Source: a virus. From it: a stretch of 64,000 nucleotides of DNA. The stretch spans positions 37,735-101,734 of the IMG/VR virus record IMGVR_UViG_3300023179_006727, one strand, 5' to 3'. A program made the translations under genes and the position numbers. Below the pieces are notes generated by a model that saw only the letters and a program-made list of their open reading frames with translations, made no database searches and was not told the DNA's origin. Positions 1 through 11,364 of this stretch are shown here, in pieces. Position 1 is the stretch's first letter, and each line of letters opens with the position of its first letter.

Positions 1-3000
1 TAAGATAATGCATTAATTAAACTATATTGTGGGTTTCTTAAAAATAATGCAGGTAATAATAACGGTGCACTATGTTGAATAATTTTATCACCATAATTAT
101 CTAAATTTGGCAAATCACGACTATTATTATTACCAACAAAATTCCCAAGTACTATTCCACTATTTTCGCAAATACTAACCCAATGATTTCGTATTCCACC
201 TAAATCAATTGTAGTTGCATTTATATTAAATGGATTATTTTCAAAATTTGCAGGAATATTATAATAAGCAACTTTACTTACTTCAGCACTTAATAATTGT
301 ACAACAATTGGTACATTAAGTTCAGTGTTTGGAATTACAATTGTAGTTTTAGCAGTAGTTGTTGTATATGTAAATTCAGTTGACTGTAAAAATTTATTAT
401 TTAACCATACTTTAACAGGATTCCAACCTGTATCAGGTAATGTAGAAATATCACAAACTACAGTTGAAAAACCTAATTTAGTATTTAAGTTAGTAGTTTC
501 AAACGTGAATGTTTGATATTGTACAGTATCTTGTACAGAATTAACCCATCCCGTTTTTTTCTGTGCAGTTAATAAGTCAGTAATATAATTTACATATCCA
601 ATATTAATATTTTCTGTTACTGTGGTCATATTATAATATGTAAATGTGTCTGTATTCATGTTACAAGTAAAATTAATATCACTTGTGTTTTCAATACTTG
701 TATATTGAATAGGAAAACCTAATATCGGGTCGTCTTCGTTAGAGGGGCCTGGGGTGTAGCTAAACAACTTAGTTCCCACAAATGTACTAGAAGGATAATA
801 ATCAGTATTACTTAAACTTATTCCATTACCATTAAAAATATTAAAAAGTGGAGGTTGATTAATTCCCATTTTAAACTGACTTAATTGCCATCCACCTGTA
901 TTATTATTCAGTTCTGAGTAATAAGCATAGGATCGACCACTATTATCATATAAAGATTCTCCTCTTGTAACTACAATTTGAGATTTATCAATGATGATGA
1001 CGTTTTTATCTTCAACAAAACTAATAACTTGTAATTTATTCTCATTAATAGTCTCATATTTTACAAGATAAACTTTATTTCTTACTTTAGGATCAACATC
1101 ATTACTAATAACTACCCTACATCCATCAAATACTATTTCACCATCTACAATGTAGTCACCAAAACTAGCTATTGCATTTCCTGCTCCCGCAGCACTAAAT
1201 GTTTGTGTGCTTAATGGCTCAGGATCATTAATATTTGCTACGGTACTACATTTAAACGTGGTTGTTGATACACCAACATTAATATCATATATATAAAAAA
1301 TTTTATCATCTATAGTTTGCCATTCTGCTGCCCATGTTTCAGGAATCCTTAAAATTACACATTGTCCTTCAACTAAAGAAACTGTAATACTATTGTCTAA
1401 TGTTGCAATTAAATCACTATTGTTTACTGTAAAAACTGCTTCTGTTGTTAAAGTAATATTTTGTATAGTAGGAATACATGGTATAATACCTTCTACGGTG
1501 CTAAACACATCATAAGAAGCAGTATCTAAAAAATCTACAAATCCTGCACTAATTATTCCATTGTTAAACAATCTTAAGTCACCATGGAATTCAATAATAG
1601 GACGCTTAGCTCTTGATTGTATATTTTGTAAATCTGCTAATGCTCGATCACTTTTAGTGTAATTATATGTTGTTTGTAAAACATCATAATGAAACCAACG
1701 ATTACTTCTAGTCCATGCATTTTTATCTTTAGATAAACGACTAATTGTAATATAATCAGGTTGAATAGGCTGATTTAAAATAACATCATAACCTGTTGAA
1801 TCATAAGGTTCCATATCATATGGAACAAAAATAGGTTGAGTGTAAGGTTCGGGAGTTGCTAAATCACTTACGGGTATTAATGTAATTGATGTGCCAACAC
1901 CATCTACGTAATATTCATTATTTAAATAATTTGATGGTTCAACATTACCTTGAAATAATATTTTTAGTCCGTTTGTAAAAACTACCCCATTTGGAGATGT
2001 ATAATTTTTTTGTCCAATAATATCATCAATATATATCGTAGAAGTACTGTTTCTTTCAAATAACTGCAATATACCAATACTGTTAGGATCATTACTATTT
2101 TGATAATATAGTCTATCCAATGCTGCGCTTAAATAGGGTATTAACTCGATTTGACCTCCTAAATTTCTAAAGAAATTTCTTGCTTGATATTGGTCACCAA
2201 GTAATACTGAAATTTTTTGTAATGTAGGTATATCTCCATCTTCTACTAACCTTATAACAATAGTTTGGTCATATCCTACTTCTATGTTAGTTAAACTTAC
2301 GTTAGTGTCTAAATATGATTCGTCATACTTAGGAAATGGCATTGCATTGTAAGGCACTGTTCTTTTTGGTGGCGGTGGACTGCGATCATTATAAAAAGTT
2401 AAATTAGTTAATGTTGTTACAGTTATACTATTATTAAGATAAATCGTGGAATTTATAATGTTAGTAACTAGAGTACCACTTGGCACACCTACACCCGACA
2501 CCATCAACCCAGGATATATATCCGTCATATCAACCACTTCAATTTCATTAACATTCGTATAATTACTAATTGGTTGTGTTACAACATTAATAATATTATT
2601 AGTATCGTAAGTAATTCTATAGTATTTTGCTTGATATGGTACCGATTCTGTGCCATAAAAAATAATACGTTTATTTTCTAAATCCTCTACTCCATCAAGT
2701 GCATTGCCAATTGCAGCTAAAGTTTTTCCATTAATTTGATCATATTCTAAAGTACAAATGATATCTACCGTTAAATCCCCAGGCAAATCATACTCATTCT
2801 GTGCATCCTTTGATGGTACCGTAAAAATTACTTCACCTGTTGTTGCCCCATTATCAGTAACACCTAATATTTCTCTTGTACTGATATTAGGATATAAAGG
2901 CTCTACCCCCTCTACCCCAGGCGTCCCTTGAATCCAAAATGGATTATTTTGTTCAAGTTTGAATTTGTATGTACCCCCACGTAACAATGGTATAATAGGG

Positions 3001-3524
3001 TTTTTTGTTTTAAATCCTGAAATTCTGTACCCATTATCATCATTTAAAATTGTATATGTTTTTTTGTTATATATAGTATCAGTAGAAACTAGTACCGAAT
3101 CAGGTCCTAGAGGTAACCAATAATATTGTTGATAATTTATCAACATGTCATAATTAATAAATGGTTCCCAACTGTAACCTTGTTGTGTAAATAAAGAATT
3201 TTGATCGGAAATAGGTCCGTTTAGTTGTTGTAAAGCGTTTACGATACCTGGGTAGGTGATGAAGTCTTCAGCTTTTGATGTATCAGTTTTTAAAAAAACA
3301 ACTGCAGGATCAAGTTGATAATCAGTTCTTTGTTTAGTTGGTTCAACTACGTATTTGTCATTTTTGTTAACACCATAACCAAATCGTGAACCAATATAGC
3401 CCTGAATAGGTACAATGTTTTGATTCTGTGATAATTGATCAAGCGTAGCTGCTAAAAATTGACGATTTGTTTCCGTCCTAAATATTTCAGGCAAAAACTC
3501 AATTGTTCGTACTTTTGTAACCAT
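1..3524 (-). CDS. Large virion structural protein, probably baseplate wedge (runs off the left edge; missing from the ORF track)
   Basis: ATG at 3524 reads MVTKVRTIEFLPEIFRTETNRQFLAATLDQL...QGYIG...YQLDP...YYWLPLGP. Spot-translated segments stay in frame. Lies directly downstream of the gp6-like gene with a CTAAATA late motif at 3548-3554. Confidence 0.8.
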   Translation of the reverse strand, partial: MVTKVRTIEFLPEIFRTETNRQFLAATLDQLSQNQNIVPIQGYIGSRFGYGVNKNDKYVVEPTKQRTDYQLDPAVVFLKTDTSKAEDFITYPGIVNALQQLNGPISDQNSLFTQQGYSWEPFINYDMLINYQQYYWLPLGPDSVLVSTDTIYNKKTYTILNDDNGYRISGFKTKNPIIPLLRGGTYKFKLEQNNPFWIQGTPGVEGVEPLYPNISTREILGVTDNGATTGEVIFTVPSKDAQNEYDLPGDLTVDIICTLEYDQINGKTLAAIGNALDGVEDLENKRIIFYGTESVPYQAKYYRITYDTNNIINVVTQPISNYTNVNEIEVVDMTDIYPGLMVSGVGVPSGTLVTNIINSTIYLNNSITVTTLTNLTFYNDRSPPPPKRTVPYNAMPFPKYDESYLDTNVSLTNIEVGYDQTIVIRLVEDGDIPTLQKISVLLGDQYQARNFFRNLGGQIELIPYLSAALDRLYYQNSNDPNSIGILQLFERNSTSTIYIDDIIGQKNYTSPNGVVFTNGLKILFQGNVEPSNYLNNEYYVDGVGTSITLIPVSDLATPEPYTQPIFVPYDMEPYDSTGYDVILNQPIQPDYITISRLSKDKNAWTRSNRWFHYDVLQTTYNYTKSDRALADLQNIQSRAKRPIIEFHGDLRLFNNGIISAGFVDFLDTASYDVFSTVEGIIPCIPTIQNITLTTEAVFTVNNSDLIATLDNSITVSLVEGQCVILRIPETWAAEWQTIDDKIFYIYDINVGVSTTTFKCSTVANINDPEPLSTQTFSAAGAGNAIASFGDYIVDGEIVFDGCRVVISNDVDPKVRNKVYLVKYETINENKLQVISFVEDKNVIIIDKSQIVVTRGESLYDNSGRSYAYYSELNNNTGGWQLSQFKMGINQPPLFNIFNGNGISLSNTDYYPSSTFVGTKLFSYTPGPSNEDDPILGFPIQYTSIENTSDINFTCNMNTDTFTYYNMTTVTENINIGYVNYITDLLTAQKKTGWVNSVQDTVQYQTFTFETTNLNTKLGFSTVVCDISTLPDTGWNPVKVWLNNKFLQSTEFTYTTTTAKTTIVIPNTELNVPIVVQLLSAEVSKVAYYNIPANFENNPFNINATTIDLGGIRNHWVSICENSGIVLGNFVGNNNSRDLPNLDNYGDKIIQHSAPLLLPALFLRNPQYSLINALS

Positions 3525-3579
3525 TCTAAATTATACCTATATTAAATTATTTAGCACATTTTAATATATGTATATTTTG

Positions 3580-6500
3580 TTATTGTTGTAATACATTTGG
3601 AGTAAGAGATGCTACGATAACGATATCACTAGCGGTTGCACCATTGACGAATATTTCAAATGGAGCACTTCTTACTTCGTATAGATCACCAAATTTTTGG
3701 TTTGGGTCTTGTGGAACAACTACAACAGAGCTTATTAAATCAGCTAATTCAACATGCAAATAAGCGGTTAATTCACTAAAATAGAAAGTATCACCAAAAT
3801 TCCATTTATCTAGACTAAAATAGTTATTTAATGCTGTTAAAGCAGTGCTGCGTATTTGACTTTCACTAGCAGTAGTTAGTGGACTTTTAATAATTTTAAT
3901 AGTGCCACGTAACGCAGGATCTGCTTTTTGCCCAAATAGTGGTTTAAATTGAACACTGTTAATTACAACACTATCACTTAACATTTTATAATCATCAATA
4001 CTACTATAGCTTTGAGTTAATTCATTAATTGTTGGAGGTTCAGGTTCAATCAATACATTGGTAGAATCATTTAACCAATTTGTATACGATGTATAATATG
4101 CTTGTGTTACAACATATAGATCAATAATATTTGTTGTAGCGGGATCAATTCGGGTAGTATTGTTACTATTGTGTCGATATTGAAAAATAATATCTCCTCT
4201 ACCTGTTTTTACACTGTATTTGTAACTTACATCAGTAAGTGTAACAATATTAGTTACATTGTTTAAAGTACTTGTATACCATGCAGGTTGTGTGGCTATT
4301 TTCCCACTTACTGATGATACACCTGTAACCGCATCTGTTAAATCAGGATTACTATATAATGCAAAAGTAGTCGATGAATATCCCGTGGCTTTTATAAACC
4401 GTGTGCCATTATTACCACCCGCACCTGTAATAATCACTTTTTGTCCATCAGTGAACGAATAAAATGAAGAAACTGTAACTACGGCAGGAGTTGCAGAAGT
4501 AATATTTGTTATAGTATATTCAACAGGATTATAATCTGTATAAAATACAGTGTTTGCAGGATACAGGTAACGATTATCCCATACATCAGCATATGTTTCT
4601 TGTGCAATTACAATAGCTCCATTTGGAACAATTTCAGTTCTATATAATCCTAAATTGTCTTCAACAATTTCAAAAAATACATAAGGATATGGACTAGTAG
4701 AAGTATCACAAATTAATTCAAAGAAATCAGGATTACTTGCAAATCCTGTATCTATATCAATTGCAGAAATTTCTACTGCATAATCATCAGAATAGCCATC
4801 ACTTTCAATTGGTTGGGCAATAATATCTAAATAATAATTTGTACCTAATGGTTGTGCGCTTTGTAAATTTGGATTAACACTTTGAACACTAACATAGTCA
4901 GCAATTGTTTTTCCACTTTTTGGATCAAAAACTTTTTCAAAAGTATCGAAAAAAAATCTTACTTCATCTACACTACCAAAATAATATTGTAGTGTGCGAT
5001 ATCGAACATAATATGCATTGTCAATAACATTGTACGTAAAACTCATAAAATAAGTCGTAGGCACTACGTTTGAAGTTGGAATAGGGGTAACAACGCTCCA
5101 TCTTTCTAAATTTGCTGTCAAGGAATTATCAAACACTAATGCAAAATTTTGTTTTAATTGAATCAATGTTAAACATTGTCTAATAAGTGTATTACTTAAT
5201 GATGAATCAATTGGAGGTATAATACCCGTTGCTTGACTACTTGAAGTACCACCACTTGTATAAACATTATATATCGCTGTATTAACAGGATTTTCTAATG
5301 CACTATCATTATACAATGCATAAGTTGTGGCTGAATAACCACTTACTTTCGCATAATAAGTATTATTATTAAGTTCTGTCATACCACCAACACCACTGAT
5401 AACAACTGCTTGTCCATCGATTAATAAATGTGTTGATGAAGTAGTAACTACTCCTGGGATGGCGCTTGTTATATTAGTAATTGTTTTTGTAGCTGTTAAT
5501 GTTTTGTCAATGACAGCATCTTGTGGTATATATTCACTAAGGGTAATCGGACCGTTACCATTTTCTAAATTACCTGTATTATAATTAGAACCATCTTCAA
5601 TAACTTGTTCAACACCTGCCCATATAAAAGTTTTATCACCTAAAGCATAATTTGGCGTTCTAGTAACAATTCTATTATTTTTATCAAAACATTGAGTATT
5701 TGGATCAGGACATACAAACTTGATTAAAGTTCCTGTAGCAATGTATCTAAGATCTGTTCCGTTAAGGGGTCCTACTGATTGAGGAAATTCTGATGTTGTA
5801 TTAATATAAAAATAACCCGTAACGTTATTACTATTAACTGTGCTTAAATTCCAATATGCATTATAATTACCTGCTACTCCTGCAGGTTGATAATATCCAC
5901 TATATCTTGGGTAATATTCTAAATAATATTGTTGACATTGTTGACTATTTAAAATTTGTTGGAAAGATTGAGTTAAAAATTCTGTAGCAAAGTTAATGTT
6001 ACTTAAACTAAAAGTTGTAGCAGTTGTAGGTGCTCCTGTTGTAGGATCATCACCATCTAATTTCCACAATGCACCATCATCAGCATATACATTTGTACTA
6101 CTATATTTTCCTGTTGGATCTAATAAGTCTAAACTACGATTTACACCAATACTACTGCGATTTAATGCTTTTGATTTAATAATACTATTATATAAAGTAT
6201 ATGGAAAATTAGTATAGTCTTCTCCATTAACCATACGATTTTGTGTATAATATCTTGCAGGAGCACGTTCTTTTATACTATTTAAACTTTCACGTGTCTG
6301 TGCTGTATTGACAGGTAATTGTAAAGATAATGTTAAAGTTAATGTTTCAATACGATTTGAACGACTTAAATATCCAATATTTACAGTAATTCCCTGCATT
6401 TCATTAGGATCAATGGTATATTTTAATGCATTTCCACTGCGAACATATGCTCTAAAACTACCAACAGGAATTTCTGCAAAGATACCATCACCAAAAATAT

Positions 6501-7518
6501 AAGTGACTTGATCATTAAATCGTGAAGTAACGCTAAAAATTTTTCTTTGGCTATTCTCTAATTGTAATTGTGCATTTGCATAAACACTTTCAACCTGATT
6601 CCATAATTCGCTTGTAACTTGATCGCTATTTAATTTATAAAGCCAAGTATCAGTATTATTAATACCTTCTATATTAATTAATTGTACATTGTTTTCAATA
6701 GCTTCAGCGAATGCAAAATCAACGTTAGTAAGTACACCTTGTTTAAAATAAGAAAACCATCCTGTATTTGGGCTTCCAAAACCTAATTTATCATTTTGGT
6801 ATAAAATATTAAATGCGCCAACGGGTGCGGGTGGAATTTCATATAGTGCATTAGAATTTAAACTAGTAACACTAACAAGTTCAAAATTCATATCAACACC
6901 ATCTATTTGTGCCACATAAGGTACAACAGGTAAAAAGTTATCAGGTATAGCTATAGTATATTCATCAGTTTTTATGCCTAAAAGGGTGGCAGAGTTGCCT
7001 GGTCTGCCGACGTATTGACTACTAATTAAAGATGCGTTAATAATACTATTAAATTGTGTTTGCCAATATGGATTTGATGGGTCATTCCACTGTATAATTT
7101 GATTGCCTAGGGCATTGCCATTAATATCACGTATATTTTCAGTTGTTTGTACAGCTACAATTTTAACAATTCCTTGAGCACAAGTGTTTCTTTTTGGATT
7201 ATAACTTACTAAATTGGCTAATTTTATAACTGAATCACGTCTTTCTGCAGTATCAATAAAATTTTCACGTGCATTTAAATCACTTCTAAACGCCATAGAC
7301 TGACCCATAAAAGCAATAATATCTAGTAAAGCTATAAATTCACTGCTTTCAATATAATCATTAAATGTTTCGGGATAATAATTAGTTAAATAATCAATAA
7401 ATGATTTACGTAAAGTTTCATAATCATAACTTGTAAAGTCAGCTTCACGGTAAGTTTGGTAAATTTTTTTCCAATCTTGTACTCCAAACAGTGCACTTTG
7501 TCTCGTACTTGATGCCAT
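3580..7518 (-). CDS. Baseplate wedge subunit, T4 gp6-like, with two inserted beta-rich modules
   Basis: DFTSYDYETLR, ENFIDTAERRDSVIKLA..VSYNPKR, FGDG.F..IP and RESLNSIKERAP..YYTQNRMVNGEDY are gp6/baseplate-J family motifs. Adjacent to a gp25-like gene. Confidence 0.88.
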   Translation of the reverse strand: MASSTRQSALFGVQDWKKIYQTYREADFTSYDYETLRKSFIDYLTNYYPETFNDYIESSEFIALLDIIAFMGQSMAFRSDLNARENFIDTAERRDSVIKLANLVSYNPKRNTCAQGIVKIVAVQTTENIRDINGNALGNQIIQWNDPSNPYWQTQFNSIINASLISSQYVGRPGNSATLLGIKTDEYTIAIPDNFLPVVPYVAQIDGVDMNFELVSVTSLNSNALYEIPPAPVGAFNILYQNDKLGFGSPNTGWFSYFKQGVLTNVDFAFAEAIENNVQLINIEGINNTDTWLYKLNSDQVTSELWNQVESVYANAQLQLENSQRKIFSVTSRFNDQVTYIFGDGIFAEIPVGSFRAYVRSGNALKYTIDPNEMQGITVNIGYLSRSNRIETLTLTLSLQLPVNTAQTRESLNSIKERAPARYYTQNRMVNGEDYTNFPYTLYNSIIKSKALNRSSIGVNRSLDLLDPTGKYSSTNVYADDGALWKLDGDDPTTGAPTTATTFSLSNINFATEFLTQSFQQILNSQQCQQYYLEYYPRYSGYYQPAGVAGNYNAYWNLSTVNSNNVTGYFYINTTSEFPQSVGPLNGTDLRYIATGTLIKFVCPDPNTQCFDKNNRIVTRTPNYALGDKTFIWAGVEQVIEDGSNYNTGNLENGNGPITLSEYIPQDAVIDKTLTATKTITNITSAIPGVVTTSSTHLLIDGQAVVISGVGGMTELNNNTYYAKVSGYSATTYALYNDSALENPVNTAIYNVYTSGGTSSSQATGIIPPIDSSLSNTLIRQCLTLIQLKQNFALVFDNSLTANLERWSVVTPIPTSNVVPTTYFMSFTYNVIDNAYYVRYRTLQYYFGSVDEVRFFFDTFEKVFDPKSGKTIADYVSVQSVNPNLQSAQPLGTNYYLDIIAQPIESDGYSDDYAVEISAIDIDTGFASNPDFFELICDTSTSPYPYVFFEIVEDNLGLYRTEIVPNGAIVIAQETYADVWDNRYLYPANTVFYTDYNPVEYTITNITSATPAVVTVSSFYSFTDGQKVIITGAGGNNGTRFIKATGYSSTTFALYSNPDLTDAVTGVSSVSGKIATQPAWYTSTLNNVTNIVTLTDVSYKYSVKTGRGDIIFQYRHNSNNTTRIDPATTNIIDLYVVTQAYYTSYTNWLNDSTNVLIEPEPPTINELTQSYSSIDDYKMLSDSVVINSVQFKPLFGQKADPALRGTIKIIKSPLTTASESQIRSTALTALNNYFSLDKWNFGDTFYFSELTAYLHVELADLISSVVVVPQDPNQKFGDLYEVRSAPFEIFVNGATASDIVIVASLTPNVLQQ

Positions 7519-7539
7519 ATTATATCCCTTGTAAAGTAT

Positions 7540-7986
7540 TTATACAGTGCTCGCTTGCCCTGTACTTCTATCTAAAAGCACAGCAAGATTTACAGGATTA
7601 TTAAATGGAGTAAATGCAATTTCAAGCTCTAATAAAATGCCATTCTCTTGATTATTAATATAAACTGATCCTAAAATAATTCTTGGATCTTGTGAAATTA
7701 TTCTGCGTACTTCATCTTCAATTTGACCCAAAACAATAGTACTATTTGGTTCAAATAAAAATCCCCATAGTGTAGAACCATAAGCAGGTTGACCAACTTT
7801 ATCTCCCTGTTTAATATTAAAGGCATTCAATAGGTCACGAATTATTAAATTTTCATCAGTTAAAGTAAATTTTTTAGTAATTGGAACAGGTCGAGTTATT
7901 CCTGCAACGCCCCCAAATTTACCAGGCTCAGTAAATCTAGTTAATAATCCAAGTTCTTGAGTTGAAAATCCGTAATATGTAGCCAT
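7540..7986 (-). CDS. gp25: Baseplate wedge / sheath initiator, gp25-like
   Basis: DLLNAFNIKQGDKVGQPAYGSTLWGFLFEP...IISQDPRI is the GPW/gp25 signature. Confidence 0.88.
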   Translation of the reverse strand: MATYYGFSTQELGLLTRFTEPGKFGGVAGITRPVPITKKFTLTDENLIIRDLLNAFNIKQGDKVGQPAYGSTLWGFLFEPNSTIVLGQIEDEVRRIISQDPRIILGSVYINNQENGILLELEIAFTPFNNPVNLAVLLDRSTGQASTV

Positions 7987-8007
7987 AATATAGTATTTAT
8001 GTTCTCT

Positions 8008-11000
8008 TTAAGTTGCATTTTCACCTGCAGATTCTTGCTTTAACAATGTTGCATATGCTGCTTCAGCTTCTTGTAGACTTTTTAATCTCATATCTGCTTT
8101 TTCTATCCATTGTTGGTTTAATCTTAGATATGCTGCCTTATCAATTTTTCCTTCTTGATAATTTTCAATTATTTTTTGGCGGTATAAAATTAATTCTTTA
8201 GTTTTTGCTGTTTCTTCTTGTACTCGTCTACCTGCTTCTTCAATTGCTATTTGTTGTTGATTAGGCTCTTCAGGAGTTTTCGGACCTACCGCAAAAACAG
8301 GAGCAGGTATTTTGGCATCGCCTACTAATGATCCTGATTTTGCAATTATTGCAGCACTATTAAAAGTTCCCGTAGCTATAATTGGTGTTTTCAATTCTGA
8401 ATTAATAGATGCTAATGATCCTACTTTTGTCAAAATCTGACCATTTACCCCACCTGCTGCTTTTTGTAAATTTTCTCCAACCGCACTAATCGATGCTTTT
8501 GATGCATTCACCGCCGATGGAATATTACTTACATTGCCTGCTAAATTTTTAAAAGTATTTGTCACTGCTCCTGTTACAGCTTGAACTAGTCCATTTGCAG
8601 ATTTTGCTGCAGACGAAACTAAAGAAGATGCATTAGTGCCAACTGTTGATACTATTTTATTAACTATATTAGATGTATCTTTTCCTGTAACAGAATTTGT
8701 TATCGTATTTACTACAGAACCCACTCCCCCAGGTATCGCATTTGACCCACTATTTGCAGTCGTTGCTACCATGGCTGCGCCACTTGTTATTTTATTTGAT
8801 ATTGCTTGCATATTTTGTGCATTTAATGAACCACCTACCGCACCTTTAACTATTGAAGCATCTACACTTCCTGTTGATGAAGCTACATTAGATTGTTGTT
8901 CTTTTTCAATTTGTGCTAAAGCTTGTTTTAATTTTTGGCCTGCTTCATCCCACGCTGCTTTGTTTTCAGGTGTTTTATCAGCGTAGTAAATTTGTAATTT
9001 TTCTCTAACATCTTTGTATAAAAATTCAATATTTGCAATTGCTTTTGTATTTACTCCTAAAGGTAATGCAGGTTCACCACCACCTAAAACATTTGGTTCT
9101 CCTGCTTTTAAGTTAGTAAATGAAGCTTCTATACCACGAAAAGCTTGTTCAGCCAATGATTGTAAATTATTTGCTGCCCCTTTAATTGCACTACTTACCG
9201 CATTTACTGTTCCTGATACTGCATTATTGATACTTGAAGCAACTCCTGTCATCCCATTAAGTGCTTTATCTGCTAAACTACCTGCAAAATTTCCACTAGC
9301 AACATCATTACTGATCTTAGCAAGTGAAGCTGTATTACCATTAAGTGCTTTAGTAACTGTACCAATACCTTGATTTGCTGTTGCCATTGCCAAACCTGTT
9401 ACTTGAGTGACATTTAAATTCGGAGAAATTGCCCCTGTATTTTGTAATTGTACAACACTTTTATTTAAAGTATTTACAAATGCTCCTACTTGTGCAGAAG
9501 AATTATTAAGAAATTGTTGTGCACTTTGTGCTCCTTGAGAACCTGTCAAAATACTATTTGATAAAGCAACTGATTCAGGGAATCCTGCGTCAAGTTTTCT
9601 TTGAGCTATGATGTTGCTGCCTGGTTTAATTACGCCGCTTTCAGCCATTTGTGTTAAAGATGAAACCTTTGCACCAACCAATCCATTTGCAGTAGCAGCA
9701 GCATTACTTAAAAATGAATTATTTGTAGCCTGTTGAGCAATTAATGTTAAATTAGTATTATTTGGCAAAACATTCTTTGTTCCGATATTAATATTCGCAT
9801 TAGCTGCAGCAGTCGATGTTGTAGCAGGTGTTTTAGGTGAAGATGGTACAGCATTTTGTAAAGCTTGTGTTTTAGGTGGAGCTTCGGGAGCTGCTTTTGC
9901 CGCAACTAAACTAGATTTTACTGAAACTCCCCCTGTAGTACCATTGGTTTCAGGCATAGGATAATGGCTTGTTACACGGGTGGTAATGCTTTGGAGTTTG
10001 CCTGGGGTGTTGATCCATCCTTTTTCAGTAGAATAGATCGTATCAGGATAATTTTTTGGTTTATTTTCTTCTACATCTTTTGCTATTACAGAAGGATTAC
10101 GAGTATTTAATTGAATATTTTTCCCTTTTATTACAACATCCGCTCCGTTACTATATAAATTTGCTTCTCCTTTACTTTGTAATGCCACGCTATCGTTAGC
10201 GTACACTGTGTATTTGTTACCCGCACTTGAATTAAAATCAGTACCTGCACGATTTGTAATAGTCGTTTCTGATTCTATACCAATAGTATTTGCTCTTATA
10301 CGAAAATCTTTGCCTGCATGCATGTTAATATGTTGATCAGCATGAAAATTTAAATCACCTAATGTACGCACGTTAAAACTGTTGGTAGAAAATACATCAA
10401 TTGCACCTTCACTATTCATTTCTATCCAACTTTGACCATTACTATGCATTAAAAACAATGTTTGTCCATCATCACTCATAGTAATTTGATGACCACCTGC
10501 ACTACGCAAACGAATAAGTTGATTATTTCCTTCGATGTCACCATCATCCATTACTAACGAATGACCACCTGTTCTACCTATAACTTTAAACTTTTTAGGA
10601 TTTTTTTCATCCTTTATTGCATTTTTAATCGTTTGATTATTAAAACCACCCTCGTAGATTTCGCCACCTGGGGTGCTGATGCCAAATACTCTGCTTGGAG
10701 TTTCACGGTATGTGCTACTTGATATAACACCACGAGTGCTATCCCTAATCAAACCCTGTTGGAACAAAATTGCTGCCTGATAAGAATGTACAGGTCTTGG
10801 TTCTTCATAAAATACTGCACTGTCATTAATACCTGAATTATTAGTATTAATTTCTGAAACAGGTAAAATATCTGCACCACCATAAGATGTAGATTCTGTT
10901 TTATTAGGTACAACCCTACTCGACCCAGGAGCCACCGCAGGAACCATATTATGCACCTCTACTTTTGGTATGCATCCTATATAATATCCTTGATTTATAA

Positions 11001-11352
11001 AACCATTAACAAATAAGCAAATTACTTCTGTTCCTATATCAGGTGGTGTAGCCCAAAAACCATAACTTTGTGGATTGTTTTTAAAATCACCTGCGGTGTC
11101 GCTTGGGGAGTAGGAGTCAAGATACCCATAAAATGGGCTTAAATATCTAACAGGAATCCAACTTGCGCTATCTTCAGGGTTATTACTTTGTTGTATTCCT
11201 GATATCCAAACTTTTAAAATTCCTGTTCTACATGCATCAATACTATCTTTTACAATGCCAATTCGTGGCTCTCTTATTAATGAAGCACCACCACGATCTG
11301 TTTTTAATTGAGCAGGTGTTCCTCTTGCTTTTGGTAAATTATTTGCTGCCAT
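8008..11352 (-). CDS. Baseplate central spike, gp5/VgrG-like, with long Ala/Ser/Asn-rich C-terminal extension; no lysozyme domain recognised
   Basis: N-terminal OB-fold pattern GIVKDSID..RTG.LKVWI...WIPV..LSPF...PPDIGTEVICLF..G...QGYYIG, then RSAGGHQITMSDD and beta-helix-like repeats. Confidence 0.8.
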   Translation of the reverse strand: MAANNLPKARGTPAQLKTDRGGASLIREPRIGIVKDSIDACRTGILKVWISGIQQSNNPEDSASWIPVRYLSPFYGYLDSYSPSDTAGDFKNNPQSYGFWATPPDIGTEVICLFVNGFINQGYYIGCIPKVEVHNMVPAVAPGSSRVVPNKTESTSYGGADILPVSEINTNNSGINDSAVFYEEPRPVHSYQAAILFQQGLIRDSTRGVISSSTYRETPSRVFGISTPGGEIYEGGFNNQTIKNAIKDEKNPKKFKVIGRTGGHSLVMDDGDIEGNNQLIRLRSAGGHQITMSDDGQTLFLMHSNGQSWIEMNSEGAIDVFSTNSFNVRTLGDLNFHADQHINMHAGKDFRIRANTIGIESETTITNRAGTDFNSSAGNKYTVYANDSVALQSKGEANLYSNGADVVIKGKNIQLNTRNPSVIAKDVEENKPKNYPDTIYSTEKGWINTPGKLQSITTRVTSHYPMPETNGTTGGVSVKSSLVAAKAAPEAPPKTQALQNAVPSSPKTPATTSTAAANANINIGTKNVLPNNTNLTLIAQQATNNSFLSNAAATANGLVGAKVSSLTQMAESGVIKPGSNIIAQRKLDAGFPESVALSNSILTGSQGAQSAQQFLNNSSAQVGAFVNTLNKSVVQLQNTGAISPNLNVTQVTGLAMATANQGIGTVTKALNGNTASLAKISNDVASGNFAGSLADKALNGMTGVASSINNAVSGTVNAVSSAIKGAANNLQSLAEQAFRGIEASFTNLKAGEPNVLGGGEPALPLGVNTKAIANIEFLYKDVREKLQIYYADKTPENKAAWDEAGQKLKQALAQIEKEQQSNVASSTGSVDASIVKGAVGGSLNAQNMQAISNKITSGAAMVATTANSGSNAIPGGVGSVVNTITNSVTGKDTSNIVNKIVSTVGTNASSLVSSAAKSANGLVQAVTGAVTNTFKNLAGNVSNIPSAVNASKASISAVGENLQKAAGGVNGQILTKVGSLASINSELKTPIIATGTFNSAAIIAKSGSLVGDAKIPAPVFAVGPKTPEEPNQQQIAIEEAGRRVQEETAKTKELILYRQKIIENYQEGKIDKAAYLRLNQQWIEKADMRLKSLQEAEAAYATLLKQESAGENAT

Positions 11353-11364
11353 AGTATTTTATCT

